This document shows positions 49,901 through 58,900 of a stretch of DNA of 64,000 nucleotides, piece by piece. Position 1 is the first letter of the stretch, and every line of letters begins with the position of its first letter. The DNA is taken from contig CAYXFD010000004.1 of assembly GCA_964464175.1 (NCBI GenBank), forward strand, positions 73,892-137,891, read 5' to 3'. The notes under the pieces are model-generated. The model was not told the origin of the DNA. It worked only from the letters and a program-made list of their open reading frames with translations, and searched no databases. The translations under genes and the position numbers were made by a program. The DNA is from an uncultured Candidatus Cloacimonadota bacterium. GTDB lineage: Bacteria > Cloacimonadota > Cloacimonadia > Cloacimonadales > JAJBBL01.

Positions 49901-52900
49901 TCTACATTGATGGAGACACTCCTCTGATCATTGACGACGAGAACTTCATTATGTTGGAAGCGGTGATCTATAATACTTATGTTGATTTTGCCGATGAACC
50001 TTTGATGGGAATCGAGAGTTTGAGTTTCTATGGTGAGTTCTTTGAATATCTGTATTACGAATCCTTTAGAAGTCGTGACGAAGAACCTCCTGTACCAGAT
50101 CATACTGTCGAATTGGTGCCCAATGATCCAACTCATCAACCGCATGTTGGTGTTGATGGTGTTATTCCAAGCAGCATAATACCTGTATTCTATAATGCCG
50201 TCGAAGACAGACATGAAGGTAGAATCCGATTAGCTGTACCCAATAACATCTTTGACGGATTCATCGCGGAAGGTGAAGATTTCGAGTTTTGGTTCAAGGC
50301 TAATATAGTCCCAATTGATGAGTTTGAAGGTATTGATCCTCCGGATCCCGCTAACCTGCCCTTCGCAGGCTTCAGAGTTGACCTTCGCGCTCCGGAATTG
50401 GCAATTACTCCGGTTTATCAGCCGGGCTTAGAATTGATGTCCTGGGAAAAACCGGGTTCTTTTGTCGTAGCCGGGGAATTACCCGTATATGATATTAATG
50501 ATGTCTTTGTAACTGGTCTTCAATGGAAAATTGAAGATGAGGATGACTGGAAGAATGCCTGGTTTGATAATGTTGTAATCCCGGATGTCCCGGATAACAT
50601 GTTATATAACTATCAGGATTGGATGATAATGGGTGGTGCTGCAGATACCTTCCTCGGCGACAGCTTTGAGGGTGCAGTTCAGATCCGGGTATTTGCCGAA
50701 GACGAAGTGGGTAACCTCTTTGAATCTGAAGTTGTATTGGTTGATGTTGACAACAATGCTCCGGAGACCCGTTTCACTCATGCAGTTCATCCAACAGTTG
50801 ATCCTGAATTATACATTGAGAATACTAATTTGGCTCTGATCGGCCAGACAGTTCATACTGACAACGACAGCTTATTCATCTATGAAGGTGAAAATGCCTT
50901 ACGTCTGTTTGTCGAAAAAGACGGTCTTGACGCCGACTTACAGCCACCATTACACGTCTATTTCCGTAATGTTAATGATCCCTGGCAAATTGATGGTGCC
51001 GGACACGGTGTTCCGTACAGTCCTAATGTGCCCTTAGATCCATGGAATTTCGGTTTTGTCTTACCACCGAATATCAGTATGTATCAGTTTACGATCCTTG
51101 CTGAAGACCTTCCGGCTGGTGAATATCACTTTGTAGTCGCAGCCAAGGATGAGATGGAGAATTTAGAAGGGGATACCGCTTCTGATATCCATGCATATAC
51201 CGGCGGTTTAACTCCGGATGAGTTAGATGCTATGGATTACTTATGGATAGTAGTTGAACCTGAACCGAAAGTAATAACCGAGATCGTAAGTCACAATGAT
51301 AGCGACATTGTTGGCGGCTGGATTAACCTTGCTGCTACCAGTGCTCAACAAAACATCGATGAACTTCATCAAACCATGCGTTTCGAAAGAAGAATGCAGG
51401 GTGAAGACTGGATCGAGATCGCTACCATAGACAAAGCTGTTGATTCAAACGATGTCTTCTTCCACCTGAAGAAGAGTCAGATACCACAATTTGACGGTCT
51501 TAACGGCGACCTGGGTATCTTCATCTACAATCCGGCTAACGGAGATTTATGGGAAATGACAGCAGAGATGGATGATGACGAGGTTGTGGCCTGGTCAGCA
51601 ACACTTGATCTCCCCTTTGGTAATTACGAATTAGAATACCATTTAGACCTTAACGGAGATGGTGTCGTAAACAGCATAGATTCCTACATTGCTTATTATC
51701 AACTCGGTGTAGGAGTTGATAATAGTGATTACGATCAGGAACATTTCCACATCCTTCCGGCAGCTTATCTGCCACCGTTCGTAGTAACCGAATGGATGTA
51801 TGCCCTTGATACTACTGAAATCACAGGTGCAAGAACTGAGGTTGGTTACGGTCTCTATGAGATCAGAGCTTTACCGCTTGATATTGATGTCCCTGACGGA
51901 TATACAGAAGAATTACACGCCAGAGAACTGCTCATCGATAATGTAACTCCGGAAATATTCAGTTTCACGGCAACAGCAAGTGAACAAATGATTGCTCCGG
52001 GAACTGAACAGGATTTTGTAACAAGCATCAATCCTGAGACCTTATTAGTTCCCTTTGATGATATACTCGAGTTATCATATCAGTATTCACTGCAGCCTGC
52101 AGACACCGATGAGAACAGACAATGGATAACTATTGAGACTCTGGATACAAATAACATGGCGGGCCTCTATTACTGGCAATGGGATGCACCAATAGTAGAT
52201 CATATGCCTGAACCTGATACCTGGTTCTATCTCAGAATCTATGTCAGAGATATTGCCGGAAACTATGCAACTTCGGTTGAATATCCGATCCTGGTAAAAG
52301 GTAGTGGTCCTGAGATGCTGGTTGATACGATCAATGAAGTACCGATCGATTCGGAAAACAATGTATTTGTTATTCCCGAACCGGTTTACGATGATGTGAA
52401 TGATGAATATGTGGTCATTATTGATGTCGCAGCAACTTTGCAGGATACACAACCTATAGTATTTACTCATCCGGTTACCGGTGAAGAGTTATCTGTTGAA
52501 CCTTTGATGGCTAAGTTCGAGTATCAGTATAAAGAATCAATGCCTCAGCCCTGGTCAGCCTGGACAGAGTTTGACGATGAGTTCGTCCCTGTAACTAATG
52601 GAATAGCCACAATGCCGTTACAGCTTGATCCACAGGATCTCTGGGAAGGTTATTACAGATTCCGTGTCATTACTAAAGATATCTTTGATAATGAAACTGC
52701 CGCTGCTGATGCACCGGTTACTTACGTTATCTTTGATGCTCTGCTCTTCAGCTCACCGGCAATGATCACTCAGATAGGTAATGTTGATGAGATCGTACCT
52801 GATCCCGCAGACGAAGATGCTTTCTATACCTTTGCTCAGAGCAGAACAGCTTATCAGGGTAATATCCATATTAATTTAGCCGATCACGACGAGATAGCCT

Positions 52901-55900
52901 CCATCACAGTTGAGTGGAATCAGGAGAACGTGGATAACGGCTGGAACAACATATATACAACACCGGCAAACCAACCGGTAATAGAAACACCTTTCTGGAA
53001 TCCACCGGCTACTTTCGAAGACGATTACATTTATGTCAGAGTAAAAGTGCATGACGGATTAGGAAATTCAGAAGTGGCTCATACAGTAAGAGTGTTCATT
53101 GATACGGTTGCTCCTACAGCTACAGTTGCCTATGTTGGCCAAACAGTGCCTGACAATGGCGGTGGAGCACGTAGAGACGACGAAGATCAAGATCCGGTAA
53201 TTGAAGACCTGTTGATTGCCAATGACAAGACAGTTATTCTGAATGACCGTGATCTGATCATTGAACTTGATTATCACAACTTAATTGATAACGACACTAT
53301 CAATGATATCAAGAAAATGGAAATAACAGTGAACAGAGTATATTCATTGTCGGGTGACCGGGTAATGATAGTCGATCCGGATGATGAATTTGACAGATAC
53401 CTGTTATTCAGCGAAACCTTCGGACATATCAACGCTGCTCCGGTAAGTATTGTTATACCGGCAGATGATGTTCCAAGGAATTTCGGACCGATAGTTCCAT
53501 TGTCTAATTTACCTGACGGCATTTATGAAATCGAGATCTGGCTTACAGACTATGCCGGTAACATCCTGCTTGATGACGATGATGAACCACAACCAAACAC
53601 ATTTGACGAGTTACAGGAACTCTATATAGATACTGAACCGCCGTTGATTCTGGATGTTGTTTCAACATCACATCCGAATAATGTTGCAGTTTATAACGAA
53701 ACAGTCCAGTTCGATGTCAGCTACTTAGATCTGATTGGTGTTCCTGAAACCGATGCCTTTACTGTTGTCTTCAGTCATGGCGATTTAACTCAGGAAGTCA
53801 ATGAGTACATGTTTGATGAAGATACTGGAAACATACTCTTTAGCTGGACACCGAGCCCTGAATTTGTTCAGTTGTTTGCCAGCGGCTCAACAGAAAAGCA
53901 GATTGATATGGCTATCTGGGCTACCGATTATCTCGGCAATGCAATTGCCAATCCTTTCGGTATGATATTCACTCTGATAGCTACCGATCCTTACTACCCG
54001 GCTAAAATCTATGTCGTCAGAGATAATACAGTTGTTGATGGTGACAGAGATCAGTTCGTTGACTGGACCGATGATGAGGGGTCTGTTGAACACTACATTG
54101 GTACTGACCGTACACCGGGTGAAGATCCGTTCGAGCCGATGCTTTATTCCTACATCCCACAAACAGTGGCTTACGGTATAGATAATCTGGCAAATGTAGA
54201 ATACAGATTCTATTATCAGCATGAAGATGATGACAGTGACGATTGGACTCTTATCGGAAGCAAACAGGGTAACCAATTCGACGTTGGTCCTAATGTATTG
54301 AACTACTTCATACAGCATCCGGCATTATATCACCATCAATATTCAATCGCCTGGGATATCGTTGATTTACCGGGTGGTAACTATATCATCAGAACAGTCA
54401 GTAACTATAGCGATGTTAATGATCTCATCGAAGAGAAGATCTCAGACATCCATGTAGCTGTCTATGAAGGAACAATAATTCCTCATGTTGTCATTTATGA
54501 CAATATGACCGGACTTAATGTGGATGTTGATCAAGTAGAGCGTGGCATGCCTTATCGCTACGAATTGAGAACTGAGAATTTCGAAGGAGATGCCCAATTT
54601 GTGAACAGCCTCCGTTACAAATTCCGTTATGTAGAATTCGATGCTAACGGAAATGAAGTTCCGGTATCAGAATGGAAATACTTTGTTGATGAGAATTATG
54701 ACAATGATCCTATGGTAGTTGACTGGCATATTACTGATGCACCTTACATCTACCCCTGGTACATCTATGATTACTATACAGTAGATGCTTATATCAAAAT
54801 TGTAGGTTATGCTAAAGATAACTGGGGTACCTTAACCCTGCTTAACGATATTCTCGTTAATGAAGATGCTTACACTTACGCCCAAATAGTTGATACTACA
54901 CCACCGATGATTGAAGATGTTCTCGTTTACTGGACAGATCAGGATCCGATTGACCCGGCATACGATTGGGTCAGCGGAGCTTTGGTTGATGTTGACGGAG
55001 ATCCGGTTGACAATCAGGTACAAGTAAAAGCTATGCTGGAAACTAATGTAGATGTTCATGATATTGATTATGTGGAATTCTGGTTCGAGGGTGTGTTAAT
55101 AGCAACCCATACAAACCATATTCCTATCAATGGAGAATTATGGACTGATTTATATGCAATTGAGCTTCCGAATGATCCTGCTGTATTGTCCGGTATGATC
55201 GAAGTAGTTGCCTACGATGTTAATGACAATGCCAGTGAACCATTCGAAGTAATGATCAATATTGATAATGTTGATCCTGTTACTGAGCTGGTTGTCAAAG
55301 ATACTGAAGGTAATGAAATTGATCCTCGTTATCTTGGCCTCTGGGAAACTGTTATTCTTGATGCCCAGGCTTATGATAATGAGTCCGGTATAGCCGGTGT
55401 TCAGTTCTCTTTTGCCCACGTAGATGATGTTCGTGATGATCATATGTATTACTCGATTTGTGAAGATGAACTGATTCCTCGTGAAGACATAGGACCTTAT
55501 GCTTACGAATTCCAGATCAAACCTTCCTATGAAGAGGGAGATCAAGCGAGACTGCAAAATGGTTTCGTCTTTGGCGAATACTACGTTTTCAAGGCTGTTG
55601 TCGTTGATAACGTCGGCTTGGAAGATGAGAGCATGACTGACGAGTATCAGGTAACCTACGGTGCTACTGCAACGATCCTTCGGGTTGAAGATCCTGCCTC
55701 TAACAGATGGCATCCGAATGTTAACAATATCATTCCTGTTCGTCTGCATGGAGACTTCAATATTGTTACTCAGGTGAATGTAGACGACGAACTGGAAAGA
55801 GTAGAATATCTCTTACATACTGAAAATGAGAACTGGGAAGAGGCTATGAGTCTCGATATAGTTGATGTTAACGGTGGCTTTGCTAATCTCGTTATTAACC

Positions 55901-58900
55901 TTGATGATGAAGATGTCTATCCCGCCGATGAATACTATATCGGAGTCAGACCTCGTGAACGTGACACACGTCTCTACTTCCCGGTAGTCGATTATGCTCA
56001 TATCACTCTTGACCGGGTAATGGATGTTGAGTGGACACATCATGACACTGTTATTGATTTCAACGGTGAAGAGTTTGTTGTTCATTTCACAGTATTATCA
56101 GACGATGAACTAATCGTTGGTCCTGATGCCCAAATAGTTCTTGAGTATAAGATACCGGGCGTTGATATGCCTGATCATGATTGGCGGGCATTGAATGTCG
56201 GAAGCCAGACTCTTCAGAGAATAAGCACAACTACCTATAAAGCGATATTTACCGATATCGATATCTGGCATGTTCCTGCAGTTGATCTGCTCAACGGAGT
56301 GCTTAACTTCAGATTTACTGCTGAAGATAAAGCCTTCCCCGTACCGAATGAAGATCACATCGTAATGAACGACATCATGTATGATACTACACCTCCGGAA
56401 GCAGTCATTACTTCTGTCACTTTCGACGGAGAAGATGAAAATCTGGTAAATAACGATCCAATCGTTATTCCTTTAGGTTCGGTAATGGAATTAGAAGCTC
56501 ATGCCTGGGATGTTCTCTATGGTCAATATGTAGCTGTAGCTTCCGGAATTGAAAGAGTCGAATTCTATTATACAACTAATGACGCTCCTGTTCTTCCGGG
56601 GATCGATAACTGGCATGATGACTGGAGCCTGATAGGTGTTCAGGAAGATGGTGATGAGATGTTTACCCAATCCTGGAACACTAACGGGTACCCGTTAGGA
56701 AATAACTATAAACTGATGGTCGTAGCCTATGATAACGTAGGCAATGAATCAGCCGTTACTCCGGAAGATCTGATCAATGTGAATATCGTTGTACCGGAAA
56801 ACCTGGAACCCTATGCCTTTGTTACTGCAATGACATTCGATAATGATGTCGCTGATAGTGATTTCCTCTATGCAGTTTCCAAAGCCTGGGCTGCTGACGA
56901 TACAATCGATGCAGTCGTATTTGAATACTTCAACGGTGCGGAATGGACTCAGTTTACTCAAGCAGTTCAGGAACAAAACCTTTCTAACAATGAAATATTG
57001 TGGAAAGCCCAGTTCAATGCCGAAGGTATGGGAACATGGGGTGTAAGTGCCATCAGAGCGGTTGTAACCTACAACGGAATAGAATCAGCGATCAAACCGG
57101 AACTGGAAGTTGTTTATAACCAGGGTGGTATTCTTGAGCCACTTATTCCAACTGATGTTGAACTCTATTACGACAACCTGATAAATGTCTATAATGATGC
57201 TAATAACCTTTATGTGACTTCAATTCACGACGGTGAATGGGAAGAGATGCCTAACGTACTTAGTGTCTATGGTGGTTATGAAGCATCCTATAATGTTGAT
57301 GCTTCCGGAATGTATCACTTCTGGGCTTCATCATTATTCTATATCTATGATGGTGATAATGAACTTGAAGATGTAGTTGTTCACCTTGGTAAAGCAGAAT
57401 TGATCGTCTATGATTACGGAACAGTGTCAGATAACGACAATGTAATAATGACTACTATACCAGACGGTACAGACTATCTCTACTTCCAGAATGTTGGAAA
57501 TGAGATGGCTCCGCCTGAAGGTATTGAGTTCCTCAGCGACCAGAAAGCGGTTACAGCAAGTCCGGTTCAGGATCTTACTCTCACAATGGCTCTTAATGAT
57601 CTGATGGATGAGGGTACGGTTGTTGGTATGCATTATGATGGCGACATGTGGCAGTTAGTAGCGGCGGTCGTTGATGAAGATGCCATGACTGCTACCTTTG
57701 AAGCAGAAAGTGGTCACATCTATGCCGTTGGACAATACACCGGTGTAGTCATCGAAGCTGCCTTCGTTTCCTTCGATCCGCAGCACATTGATAACCTTAA
57801 CAACTATTGGACTGATGCAGATCCGGAAATCAAATTCTTCGTTTACGAAGGAATTGATGACAACGGCTACATGGCACCGGAACCGGGTACTTTCACTTAT
57901 GAAATGTACATATCTGTACCACCGCTTGATCATGAGGTCCTTATTCCAGATAATGATCTTACCTACGATCAAGGTTATGTAACTTATGATGCTGCAGATC
58001 TGGTACACATCCATGAATATACTGTAAGACTGGTAGTAAGTAAGGATGGCTTTGTTTCAGAAGCTTCGAGAAACTTCTGGGCAGATGCTGCCGGACCGAC
58101 TATCCAACCGCTGGCTTCAGGTGGTCAACTTAACCACGAAAACAGAATTATCGAAGCTATAATAATTGACGATGGTTCCGGAATAGCCGACGTTCAACTG
58201 ACTCTTACTTTTGTCAGAGGACGCACCAGCAGCTATTCATCAATCGTGGTTCCGTTAAGTAACCTGATGGTTAATGGTGATGTATATTCTTACGAAGTTA
58301 GTTATGATGATCTTATCCAGCTCGGATACAGATTCATCGACAGCTATGATTTGAGAGAAACCCAGATACTCTCAGCAACCTGGGAAGCAACAGATAATGT
58401 TGACTATAACACAGTCGCTGATCCTGCCTTCTATACAGTTAACATCGAAGGTCCGATTATTCACTTCACGGGCTTCGAAGATGGCTGGTGGCTCAATCCT
58501 ACTGCCAATACACCACTGACGTTCGACATTATCGTTCCTGACGGCAGAATTATGCCGACTGATGGTGTTGAGATTACCTTGATTGAAGTCACTCAGAGTG
58601 ATCCAACAGAGCCGGGTGACAATATTGAAAATATGATTCAATTCATGACCTTAGCTCCAATAGGACCTCCGGTTGATGGAGTCTATAGTTACGAACTCAA
58701 CTTCGGCTATAATATCTCACCACAGGCAATTGCTGTTAGACTGGAAGTTGAAGCAACAGATAACTATGAAATCAAGAACTACTCAGAGCAGACTTACGGT
58801 ACCGACTATGTTGCACCATTTGCCTGGGCATTATCTCCAATAGGTGATATTGTCGATCCTGAGGTACATCCACCAACATATGAATCAGCTGTTGTTTCTT